Shown here: piece after piece, positions 27,071 through 37,600 of the stretch
How the letters are laid out: each line of letters starts with the position of its first letter
How positions within the stretch are numbered: the stretch's first letter is position 1
IMG/VR virus record: IMGVR_UViG_3300027668_000009
Length of the DNA: 57,864 bases
Direction: 5' to 3' (one strand)
From: an uncultured virus (IMG/VR IMGVR_UViG_3300027668_000009)
Taxonomy: Duplodnaviria > Heunggongvirae > Uroviricota > Caudoviricetes
Made by a program: the position numbers and the translations under genes
Notes under the pieces: generated by a model
Told to the model about the DNA's origin: nothing
The model's database searches: none
What the model saw: the letters and a program-made list of their open reading frames with translations, nothing else

Positions 27071-28198
27071 TTATGTTTGGTACTGAGCAGATGGTACAGA
27101 TTGGTGTATTTTCCTTGCTGTACCTTGGTCGTTTACATGTAGTTCTGATAATTTTTTAAGAGTTCCACCATCATTTACAAAGATACCTTTGACCTTTGCA
27201 TATCTAGGTATGACTCTTGTTGTCGCATATGTTACTTGATATGTGAACGGACTTCTATGTTGATATGAAACTTGACTTCCAGCGTTATAGAAGAATGGTG
27301 TTTGTGAGTTTCTTATATTAGGTTCTTGTCCAGCAACAGCAGACTGATAAGTAAACGGACTTCTATGTTGGTACGTAAACGGTGTCTGACTACTAGCAAT
27401 GTATGGGTAAGGTAATTGTGCATTCCTAATATTAGGTTCTTGTCCAGTTGCTTGATACGTATATGTTATATCATGATTGGCTGCGACTGGAGTTCGACCA
27501 GTTCTATTATAAGTAAACGGACTTCTATGTTGATACGTGAACGGTAACTGACCAGTATTTTGATAAGTAAATGGTGTCTGACTTACCTTTACAACATTAG
27601 TCTGAGCGTTACTAGGATTCCTATATGTGAAAGGAGTTCTAGACTGATAGGTAGCAGGTTGCAGTCCTTGTCTTGAATACGTAAATGGACTTCTTCTATC
27701 ATAAGTAAACGGACTCTGATGCTGATACTCGGATGGTTGTCTTGTGTCCCTAATGTTAGGTTCTTGAGCATTCACTGGACTTCTATAAGTAAATGGACTT
27801 TGATGACTGTATTCAGAAGGGTTTCTTCCTTGAGCAATGTACGGATACGGTTGTTGTTGTTGTCTAGTATCTTGATACGTCAATGGACTTCTATGATTGT
27901 ATTCTGCTGGTTGTCTTGCCTCTCTTATGTTTGGCTCTTGTGCAGATACAGGACTTCTATACGTAAACGGACTTTGATGTTGATACGTAAACGGTGTTTG
28001 TACCGTTGTTGGATGCCTGTAAATTGCAGATACTTGACCCTGTCTTGCATAAGTAGAAGGTTGTTGAGCATCCCTAATGTTTGGTTCCTGTCCAGTTGCA
28101 ATGTACGGATACGGTTGCTGTGCATTTGCGATAGAAGGTGTTCTATATGAAACTATAGAAGGGTGCTGATATATGAATGGTTGTTGTCCTGTTGCCAT
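27071..28198 (-). CDS. Pro-punctuated repeat protein D (mirror partner of C), with C-terminal KVKGIFVNDGG beta-motif domain
   Basis: Start revised to ATG at 28198 (MATGQQ), 1 nt after the stop of C, GGAGGAG upstream; 6 + 322 repeat + 47 aa. Confidence 0.85.
   Translation of the reverse strand: MATGQQPFIYQHPSIVSYRTPSIANAQQPYPYIATGQEPNIRDAQQPSTYARQGQVSAIYRHPTTVQTPFTYQHQSPFTYRSPVSAQEPNIREARQPAEYNHRSPLTYQDTRQQQQPYPYIAQGRNPSEYSHQSPFTYRSPVNAQEPNIRDTRQPSEYQHQSPFTYDRRSPFTYSRQGLQPATYQSRTPFTYRNPSNAQTNVVKVSQTPFTYQNTGQLPFTYQHRSPFTYNRTGRTPVAANHDITYTYQATGQEPNIRNAQLPYPYIASSQTPFTYQHRSPFTYQSAVAGQEPNIRNSQTPFFYNAGSQVSYQHRSPFTYQVTYATTRVIPRYAKVKGIFVNDGGTLKKLSELHVNDQGTARKIHQSVPSAQYQT
27215..28180 (-). repeat. Array of 41 units, mirror image of the array in gene C
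   Basis: Parsed from translation. Confidence 0.85.
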
Positions 28199-28199
28199 G

Positions 28200-29858
28200 T
28201 TATAAAGGAGCTCCTCCACCTTTTGCTGATACTAGTCTTACTGTTTGATTTGATGGCCCTGTTGTATACAAAGTAGTTTCACCAGTCTTGTAAACTCTTA
28301 ATTGGATTTGCACTGCCGTACTCATCATTTCTGCATAAGGGTTTTGATTCGAGTTCCCACTATTTGTAGACCATTTGAATTCGACGCCCGTTTGAGACGA
28401 ACCATTCCAAACATTATGCCATGTGTTTTTAGCCTTTGCACCAGTTGGATTACTACTATCAAATGGGGCTTTAGCACTACCACCGAACTGTTGTGTCTTT
28501 TGGTCAGCACTTGAAGTCCACTTCACATCAATAGACCAACTGTTATCAATTGGACTGTATACATCAATGTAGTCTTCATATGCAGGCCCTATCTGTGCAG
28601 AGTCTACTGCATACCAGTTTGTTTTTACTTTGTTGACATTACTTCCACTAGTTTGATAGTTGAATTCCATACTTGCAGCTGCCGAAGTTGCAAAGTTTGC
28701 TGTATACGACCTTTGTGTATCCCAAGTTCTGTTTGTTGTTCCTTGTGAACTTTGGGCATTTGTATGTTGGGCTGCACTATTGCCTGGGCCCCAAGTAGTA
28801 TTACCTACCCCATTATCATCTCCATCTACACCATCAAAGATGAAAGGAGTTCTTCCTACTGCTGGAGACCTTTGACTTGTAGTTGCTGGAGTCTGTACAT
28901 TATATGTGAAAGGTGTTTGACCCTGTCTTGCATATGTAAATGGACTTCTGTGTTGGTACGTAAATGGTGACCTAGCATTTGCAATGTACGGATATGGTGT
29001 CTGTGACTCCGAAGGTTGCTGAGCGTCTGAGGGTTGTCTTGCGTTTCTAATGTTAGGTTCTTGACCACTCACTGGGTTTCTATATGTAAATGGAGACCTG
29101 TAATTGTACGTAAACGCTGTTTGGTTATTCCTAATATTAGGTTCTTGAGTTGTCACTGATACAGTATAAGTAGTAGGTGTTTGACCAGTTCTCTGATACG
29201 TAAACGGTGATTGATTGTTTCTAATGTTAGGTTCTCGACCCGACACTGGGTTTCTATAAGTGAAAGGAGACCTGTGTTGATAATCAACTAATGCTTGTGC
29301 ATTCCTAATATTGGGTTCTTGACCAGCTGCGATATTAGGTTCTTGTCCAGTTGCAATATAAGGATAAGGTATTTGTGAGTTTGCAATATTTGGTTGTTGC
29401 CCACTTACTGGATTCTGATAAGTGAACGGACTAGGATGCTGATAAAAACCCGAGGCTCTTGCCTGTGCTATATAAGGGTAAGGTTGTTGTGCATTCCTTC
29501 CATTCGGTTCTTGTCCAGTTGCAATATAAGGATAAGGTTGTTGATGTTGATATATTGCTGGTTGTTGTCCAGTCCTAACATATGTAAACGGTGACCTATG
29601 TTGATACGCTGCTGGAGATTGTCCTTGTCTTACATAAGTACTAGGTTGTCTTGCATTTCTTATGTTAGGTTCTTGTGCAGATACAGGATTGTTGTAAATG
29701 AACGGACTTCTGTGTTGATAAGTATTTGGTTGACGTGCGTTTGCTGGAGACTGTATTGCTACCTGTCGTATATTAGGTTCTTGGGCATTTGCGGGAACTC
29801 TAGCAATATAAGGTTGCTGAATCTCCGTCGCTATATTTACAAAAGTTTCTTCAGACAT
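28200..29858 (-). CDS. Pro-punctuated repeat protein C with C-terminal ~215-aa globular domain
   Basis: 552 aa = 15 + 322 repeat + 215 non-repetitive Trp/Ser/Thr/Asn-rich domain. Confidence 0.85.
   Translation of the reverse strand: MSEETFVNIATEIQQPYIARVPANAQEPNIRQVAIQSPANARQPNTYQHRSPFIYNNPVSAQEPNIRNARQPSTYVRQGQSPAAYQHRSPFTYVRTGQQPAIYQHQQPYPYIATGQEPNGRNAQQPYPYIAQARASGFYQHPSPFTYQNPVSGQQPNIANSQIPYPYIATGQEPNIAAGQEPNIRNAQALVDYQHRSPFTYRNPVSGREPNIRNNQSPFTYQRTGQTPTTYTVSVTTQEPNIRNNQTAFTYNYRSPFTYRNPVSGQEPNIRNARQPSDAQQPSESQTPYPYIANARSPFTYQHRSPFTYARQGQTPFTYNVQTPATTSQRSPAVGRTPFIFDGVDGDDNGVGNTTWGPGNSAAQHTNAQSSQGTTNRTWDTQRSYTANFATSAAASMEFNYQTSGSNVNKVKTNWYAVDSAQIGPAYEDYIDVYSPIDNSWSIDVKWTSSADQKTQQFGGSAKAPFDSSNPTGAKAKNTWHNVWNGSSQTGVEFKWSTNSGNSNQNPYAEMMSTAVQIQLRVYKTGETTLYTTGPSNQTVRLVSAKGGGAPL
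28848..29813 (-). repeat. Array of 41 units of 6/8/10/12 aa
   Basis: Parsed from translation. Confidence 0.85.
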
Positions 29859-29859
29859 A

Positions 29860-31434
29860 TCATATCACAAACCATAGGTGTCCAACTTCGGTTCCATCCA
29901 CACTACTAGGAGCCGATGACACTATTTCATAATCCAATTGTATTTTATCTGTAACAAGACTGCCTGAGTGTTTTAACCCATGGCCTGGGTCTGTTGCAAA
30001 CGTTAATGCATTTCCATCACCAGTATATGTTTCAGTAATACCAGTACCACCCACTGTCAATGCAGCGACATCGTTATCTCCGTATGTAGGAACTCCAGTA
30101 AGTATAATTTTGTCAGCTGCATCGTCATATGATGCAGTGATGTTTGTATGAGAACTATGATTTAATAGTCCCGACACTTTGTCTTGTGCAAATTCTTGGA
30201 AAGTTACTCCACTGAATGTTAGGTTACCAGCAATATCTACGTTGCCACTTACATCTAATGAACCTGCGTCTAGTTCACCACTAAGTGTAACGTTTCTGAA
30301 TCCAGTGATGTCTTTGTTTGCATCTACTACGACTGTTCTATTTGCAACTATGGTTCCTTGAGTTGAACCATCATTGAAGTTTAGTTCGGTTGCAGTTGAA
30401 CTTACGGTCACACCGTTAAGTGAGAACCCATCTGTTTCAAGAATACCATCAACGTCAACGTTACCACTGATATCTAAAGAACCTGCGTCGAGTTCTCCAG
30501 TCAATGTTATATTTCTGAATCCAGTAATGTCTTTGTTTGTATCTACTGCAACTGCTTTACTAGCAATTACAGTTCCATTTGTTAGGTCATCGATTTTTTC
30601 TAAATCTGTTTGGTCTATTCTTGCACTTCCGATTACGAATTCACTTCCAGCAATTATGTCTGTAGATGACGTAATGTCTCCACCAGCTTGAACTGTTGAA
30701 GTTAGAACTGCAGTCGTACCACTTAGATTACCGTTGAATACTGTTGATGTGATTGCAGTAAATCCTGTACCCACACCGCCTGTAATCGTTGCTGTTGAGT
30801 CGGTAAAGGTTGGTGCGGTGATTGTATGTCCTGTGTCTACTGTAAGATTGCCATTAAGGAAGGTCTTACCGTATAATTCTATATCATTGGTACCTGTAAG
30901 AGTTGTTACCCTACTGGCTGCATCTGCATAGTTACCATTTATAATAACACCGTTATCGTTATGATTATAAATTGTATTTGCAGCGGTCTCTGTAAAGAAA
31001 CCTATTGCAGTTCCACCTTCAGTTGATGTACCTAAGTATGAACCTGTGAATGAGTATATGACAACCATGTCATCAACATTAACGGCTGCCGTTAAAGTGA
31101 TTCTGAAATAGATATTTCCAACAACTTGAGAGATAGAGTAGTCAGCACCCTCTAATAATAGAGTAGAATTTTTGAATACTTGGAACCTATCTTGTCTTAG
31201 TCTAAGTGTATTATTAAAATCATCTACACCTTGGAATACTGTTTGACCTGCTGTTGAGGTATAGATAAACTCTTGAAAGAAAAACGATTTGTCTTCTAGA
31301 CTATTCAGAGCATCGATTACCGTTTCGGTATTCTCCGTTCTTAAGCCAGACTTATCACCAACGTCAACTGCTAATTCGTTGTACTTGGTTCTAAACTGTT
31401 CAATAGTTGAGTATGTGTCTACTGTCTTTGCCAT
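29860..31434 (-). CDS. Tail fibre/appendage protein
   Basis: MAKTVDTYSTIEQFRTKYNEL start, TAGQTVF motif, duplicated VDxNKDITGFRNxTLxGELDAGSLDxSGNVD; C-terminal SSAPSSVDGTEVGHLWFVI. Confidence 0.8.
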   Translation of the reverse strand: MAKTVDTYSTIEQFRTKYNELAVDVGDKSGLRTENTETVIDALNSLEDKSFFFQEFIYTSTAGQTVFQGVDDFNNTLRLRQDRFQVFKNSTLLLEGADYSISQVVGNIYFRITLTAAVNVDDMVVIYSFTGSYLGTSTEGGTAIGFFTETAANTIYNHNDNGVIINGNYADAASRVTTLTGTNDIELYGKTFLNGNLTVDTGHTITAPTFTDSTATITGGVGTGFTAITSTVFNGNLSGTTAVLTSTVQAGGDITSSTDIIAGSEFVIGSARIDQTDLEKIDDLTNGTVIASKAVAVDTNKDITGFRNITLTGELDAGSLDISGNVDVDGILETDGFSLNGVTVSSTATELNFNDGSTQGTIVANRTVVVDANKDITGFRNVTLSGELDAGSLDVSGNVDIAGNLTFSGVTFQEFAQDKVSGLLNHSSHTNITASYDDAADKIILTGVPTYGDNDVAALTVGGTGITETYTGDGNALTFATDPGHGLKHSGSLVTDKIQLDYEIVSSAPSSVDGTEVGHLWFVI

Positions 31435-31643
31435 TATTCCCTATCCAATAATTGTTGAAGCATCACTTTCATGTCCGATACTTCGTTCTTTAATGTATTT
31501 ATCTCTTCTCTCTGAGCTAAAAACTTTTGTTTTCTAACTCTGTGTAATCTATACTGTTCTGTATCAGTATTTATGATAGCATGAGATGTTGCATCTCTAT
31601 AAAGATGAGTATGTCCCTCAACCTTTATAGACATCTTATGCAA
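31434..31643 (-). CDS. Small hypothetical coiled-coil protein
   Basis: KVEGHTHLYRD...AIINTD...EINTLKNEVSDMKVMLQQLL. Confidence 0.75.
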   Translation of the reverse strand: MHKMSIKVEGHTHLYRDATSHAIINTDTEQYRLHRVRKQKFLAQREEINTLKNEVSDMKVMLQQLLDRE

Positions 31644-34600
31644 GTGCCATACATCTCAATGCAGTTACCGCTGGTACCACTGAGGTGTTTTGACCTTGTC
31701 CTACTATCTTAACTACGAATCCACTAAACTCGGGTAAGTTGTTTACAGTAAACTCATATTCTTTAAAGTTTCTTGCATCAGCTTCTGTTGCCACATCGGG
31801 TGCGCCAGTTGTATTGAAATATTCAAAACCGACATCATCTAGTAAAGTTTCTTCGTCATTTTTGATGATTTTATACATCAATTTAACTTCTGTTGTTGGT
31901 GGTCTAAAGACATCGCAAATAACCTTAATGGATGTTGCTGGAGTCTTGAGATTAACCTTTCTTGTTACATAGACCATTACGTTATTATCACCTTCGGACT
32001 CTGTTGATGGGACATATACTGACCCACTTGGTAGAGAATTTGTAGTTGTATTAACTTTCTTCGAAGTTGCACTGTCTATGTTATTAATTCTGTTTGCAAT
32101 ACCTAAGCAACCACATGTTTGTACGTCAATCATAGGTGATATATTAGGGTTAAATGACATTAATTGTAACTGTAGGTTAAACGATTTCTGTGAGGACATG
32201 TTTAACTCTTCATTTTCGGGTGAAGCCACGATTGCTGGTGCATCCATGAAGACATTGTCATTTAATGTTACAAATTTATTTGTTAGGTTCCTTGTATATA
32301 CAGTTCCATTGATACTACCTTCGGGTGAGTACTGAGGAGTTGTAAGAACGTTTGCACTAATTATAGTTCCTTTCAATTGTACTGAAGGAATCATTGTGTG
32401 TAATGCATCGAAGTAATAGTTTCTAGTTGCAGTTGCGCTACTTCCACCACCGATTGTTGAATCGAATGCATATGAAGCTGAAAAACTATAACTTGATACC
32501 GAAGGAGTGATTCTAAATGAATCTATTCCTCTATCTGCCATTGTACTGGCAAGATGTAGTTTATTAAGAGATGAAAGAGGACATCCACCGAGGGTGTCTT
32601 CGACTGTACCTAATACAACGGTTACTTCTGCAGTTCCAGTTCCCATGTCTGTGATGACAATACTATCACCAGTAGTGTAGTTCTGTCCACATTTTAGAAT
32701 GTTTACATCTGTTACTGCACCACTTGCTACGATAACTTCAAATTTGATTCCACTACCTGTTCCACCACTATGGACATCATTCGTACAATCGATTGTTGCA
32801 TCTGCTGGTAATGTTCCACTACCAGTCGTTGAAAAACTAGTTACGAGTACTGCAGAATTTTTCTTATCTGCAACAATACCTGCTAGAGTTACGTTATCTT
32901 TACTACTAGTATCATCATAGAAACCATGTTGATATGAATATACTTTGATTTTCTTATCAGCAAAAGTTTCGATTGGGTTTAACTGTAGTTTAGTTGCTGG
33001 TATAGCATCGTTTTCAAAATTAACATTACCTATTTTTGTAATATCATATTTTGCAACTTTCATGTTAAATTTAAGGTCGTCTGTCTGTTCTGCAGTCCAA
33101 GTGGAAGCATTCTGAGACATGAATAATGACCCAGCATATGGTTGACCACTTATAACTTCTGCAGTCACTATGTCTGTTTCTCCCATTCTAGAAATGAAGC
33201 ACTCATACTCGTTTGAGTTAGAGTAAACAACGAAACAATATTCATTGTCTTGTTCTAAATGAACTGCTGAATCAAATGTAAATGTTGTTTTAACTGAACC
33301 ATCTGCAGAGGTATTAATATCTGCTGGATTCTTAGTAACATCTGAGAATGGCATTACAATCTGGCCTGGATATCCATTGACCATGTTTCTAATTTGTACT
33401 GAACAAGGCATGAATGTATCTTTTGTTGAAAAGAACAAGTCGATTGAAGTCATGTCCATACCACCCTGTGCATCAACCAAGAATGATTGTGCAAGTGGGT
33501 CACCCCATCCTCTCATCTCTCCACCATTCAATATTTGGATTAGAGGTCTGTCAATTGACAATCCACTGAAATCTCTTCTGTCAATAAATGGTACTGCTGG
33601 TGGCAACGGAGGCGGTGTTGGTAGAGATATAACAGGTGGTATAAACCTAATATTTGGTATAATGTTAGGTATCAATATCGGTATTGGTATCTCGGGAATG
33701 AATATATCAATTATAACTGGTATGTTATCAATTGGTATCTCATTGACTGGCGGTAGGTCGGGTGCAGTAGTATCATGTACTTCTGAGTTCAGTCTTTCAC
33801 CTCTTCTAGAGAAATCTCTAGTTGCTGAACGGTCTTCTCTAATAACTCTACCATTTCTTGTTGAAACTACTTCTGTTTGAGACGCTTGCAATATACCTTG
33901 TGCAGTATACATTGCATTACCTTGTGAAGCAGGGTTGGCCATGTTGTAGAAACTTGAAGTTATTCTAAAGTCTCTTTGTCCTGTTGGGAATCGTTGAGTT
34001 GCATTGTTAGGCAATACAAATACTGCTCTTAGTCTACCATTACCATCTGTTTTACACTGTAGTGGTAAATTAGCTGCAAGTGTAAGGAAGTCCTCATCAC
34101 TTGAACCTTCAACAAATGAATCGGGTGTTTGAGCATACGTTGAACTATAAGGTCTTACAAATTTGTTAACATTGATGTTATCAAAGTAGAAGTAATGGTT
34201 CGAATTTGGTTTTAAATTAGTTGCATCAACTGTAATAAGTCTTGTACGGATAAATGGTATCAATGACATTGACACAATTCTATCGTTTCTTGTCTCTACA
34301 AAATCTTCAACTACACTTGTTGAAACACCAGTTCTTGTTTGAATTTCGGGTGTGTCTGTAAGTTCTCTACTAACCTGTAGTCCAGCAATCCATTCACCAC
34401 CTTGTAGTGGGTCTCCACTCCATGAACCATTTGAAGTTGCTTGTACTTCACTTGATACAGTAGATGGTTCTCCTGCCCATGTTGTTTGCCATGAGTTCCA
34501 AACTGTTCCTAATGCATTTGCATTAGTAGACATCAATGCATCGAAGTTACCTTCACGGTTAACTCTTACATCTGGCAGTCTGTCTGTGTCTTGCCAAATA

Positions 34601-37600
34601 TCTGTATCGGGTGATAACTTAATGTTACCAATGAATGCAAATACGTGATAAGGGTTTACGTTTATTGAACGAGATGCTTTTGTTTGATTGACATAACTAA
34701 CTTCACTATATGGTAAAGTAATCATATCACCAGTTCTTTGATAGTTAGATGATGCACCAAGATTCTGTGTGACACCGAAGAACTGAGTGAACGACTTAGG
34801 TCTTAACATACCTGTTTTAGTATCGATAGCACAGTTATAGTCGGGATGATTTACATCACCAATCTTGTGACCTCTAAAGTTATCTACTAGGAAGCCTGAC
34901 TTGTATCTATCAAATCCTTCTGCATCTAGTATCTGTTTTGTTTGTGTGTCTTTTTCTAATAAAGAAAGAGACGTAATTCTTTCAAGGTTAGTAACCCTGT
35001 TGTTTATCTTACCGATATCCTTCATGGTATATCGTCTATGGTCGAAACTTCTTACCGATATATCACTTAACTTATTGGTATAAGGTGGTATTTTCATTTC
35101 AAACATTTGAATACAATCGTCTAATGCTGTTGGCTTAGTCGGTGATAATGCTGGTGTTCCCTGTGATATTTCGAACTTACCTTTCTTATGTAAGAATACT
35201 TTATCGATTCTTCCAACATAGAATGAGATGTTACCAGTAACAGCCGAACCACTTACTGGAACGTCTACTGAGTTAGCACCTGTTGATGTAATACCAGTTC
35301 TTGCACCCAAGAATGAACGACCACTCTCATATCCAAATGGTGCATAGTATGCTCCATTCGAATTATCCGATAAATCTACTGGTGATGATGGGTCATTATC
35401 TGTTGTTCCGAAACTTGAGGTTCCAAGAATTTGTCCTACAACTGGTCTAAAGTCCAATGCATCTGAAAGTTCATATGTTCCATCGGGTTCTAATCCACCT
35501 AAATCTACTTTGTTTGGTGAGTAAACTGGGATGTCTGAATAATCAATTGTTGAATATGAAGATACATCAAAGAAATCTCCACCACCCGATACTCTAAAGT
35601 AATCGAATACGATTAGAAGAGGCCCGTTAGGTGTTGGTTGCCCAGGCTTTAATGTTAGTTTTGATAGGTCATAATACCCATCTCTTTGACCATTGTCAAA
35701 GAAGTATCTGTCTTTAATATCGAGTGAACCAGTTTCCAGTCCAGCTGCCAGTGGCATTGTTCCAGTTGCTAAGGATGTTTGTCCTACTACGGTTTCACTT
35801 GCAGAGAATACTTCACCATCTGTTGATTTGTAATACCAGTATGATTTGGTACCACCACCATTTTTGATGAGACATGCTCTTGCGCCCGATGTTTGTCCAA
35901 TGAATGTTTCATAGTTGACAAATGTACCACTTGTTGTGGTTATAATTCCGTTAGGTGTGATTGGTGTTCCATCCACTCCTTCGTATACTGCAACAATCTT
36001 GTGTACGTCTGCAACACCAAATGATATATCTTTATCATCGTATGCAGTTCCGTAATGACCATTACTACTTCTTGGTAATGATACTTTAAGACATCTTGCT
36101 TGAGATAACGTTTTACCTCTTGCAGTAGGGGATGCTACAATAACTGTGTACGTTGCATCGATTATAGCAGTATTGTTCCCACTAGGAACGGTCAATGTTA
36201 ATGTTTGTGTATTTCCACTGGTTGTAACGTTTGGTGATAGGTCTTCAATATTAATTATGTCACCAGCATTGTATCCGCCACCAATTGCTTCTCTTACTGA
36301 GATTGCAAAGTTGTCTGTAGTTCTAGAATCAAATTGTTCGCCTGCGTTAGTTACAATTTGTATACTAGTTCCACCGACTTGTTTACTTACCTGTCTTCTT
36401 ACTTTTGAAGTAAGTGGAGTATGGGTCTTGACCCAATCTCTAGGGAATGAATGAATGTTTGCAGTTTGGTTTTGGTCATATAGTTTTGCACGTCTTCTGA
36501 TTGCATTACCACTATATGTTGATGAACCAACAGCAGTTAAAGTTAAACTTGTTTCTGACTGTACCGAAAGTACTTGGTTTATAGTACCTGCTTGGTCTAG
36601 GAGTTTGTCCCCTTCTTTTAGTTCTTTTGCAAACTGAGTTGCAAAACCTGTAACGGTTGCTGAACCAGTTGACATTGTAACTGTTCCAGTTACGACATTG
36701 TCTAGGGTTAGTGAGATGTCTGCTTTAAATATCTCTCTTGCAACTACGTTAGGTGTTTGTAAGATTGACCTTGCACGGTCTAAGTTATAAGCTCTTATTG
36801 CAGTATTATTAGCTGCAGTAATTGTTGCAGTGTTACCTGTACCAATTGCTGTTATTGCATCTGAAGTTGTGAATACACCTTGTACATCATGCACATATAG
36901 TCCTGCTGAACTTCCACTTCCATCAATGTGATGAACTATAGCACTTGCACCACTTACACTACCAGTGACTTTATCACCTGCTACAAATGTATTTGTTTGT
37001 GTTCCAGTAATTTTAGTGAACATCTTGATATCAAATAGATATAGATTGAATACTGCATCCGTACCATATACGTCACTTGAATCAACACCACTAACATGGT
37101 CAACGTTTCTAATTCTACATGTTCCAATGTTTAAACCAGCAGACGCTGCTAAACCATCATGTAGTAATGCTGGATTGTGTGGGTCTATTACATCTGAACC
37201 AACTTCGTTACCGAACTCGGGTAGACCATGAGCATTGAATACTCTTAATTTGTTTCCTAATCTAATAGGTGCTGATACACCAGTTAGGGATTCTGTTGTT
37301 CTTGCTTTTGGAATGTTTAGAGTAGTTGTTCCAACCTTATCGATTTCATAACCTCTAACATATGCCTTGCCCGGCGATACCATGAATACAAATCTTGCTT
37401 CTTCTCCACCATTATTTTTTGTGTAGAAACCTAGATTGGTTCCATCGTCTAAATGTTGTCTCATTGATGCAGTGAATTGTGAAACTACAAAGTCTCCGTT
37501 TGCATCGAATGTTCTTCTTGCAAGAGTATTTTCTATCTCTGCATATTTTGTTTTGTCTATTTTAAGTGTGATGACACCTGCGTTAACTCTTGATAGTTCA

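Noticed and set aside
28199..28219. ORF-track start MEELLYN for protein D
   Set aside because: Overlaps the end of C; the ATG at 28198 follows the C stop and an SD-like sequence, and gives MATG as in protein B.
17608..29813. CRISPR array or DGR template/variable repeats
   Set aside because: Repeats are in-frame coding units varying at synonymous positions, with no constant repeat plus unique spacer; no cas or reverse transcriptase gene and no adenine-specific variation seen.
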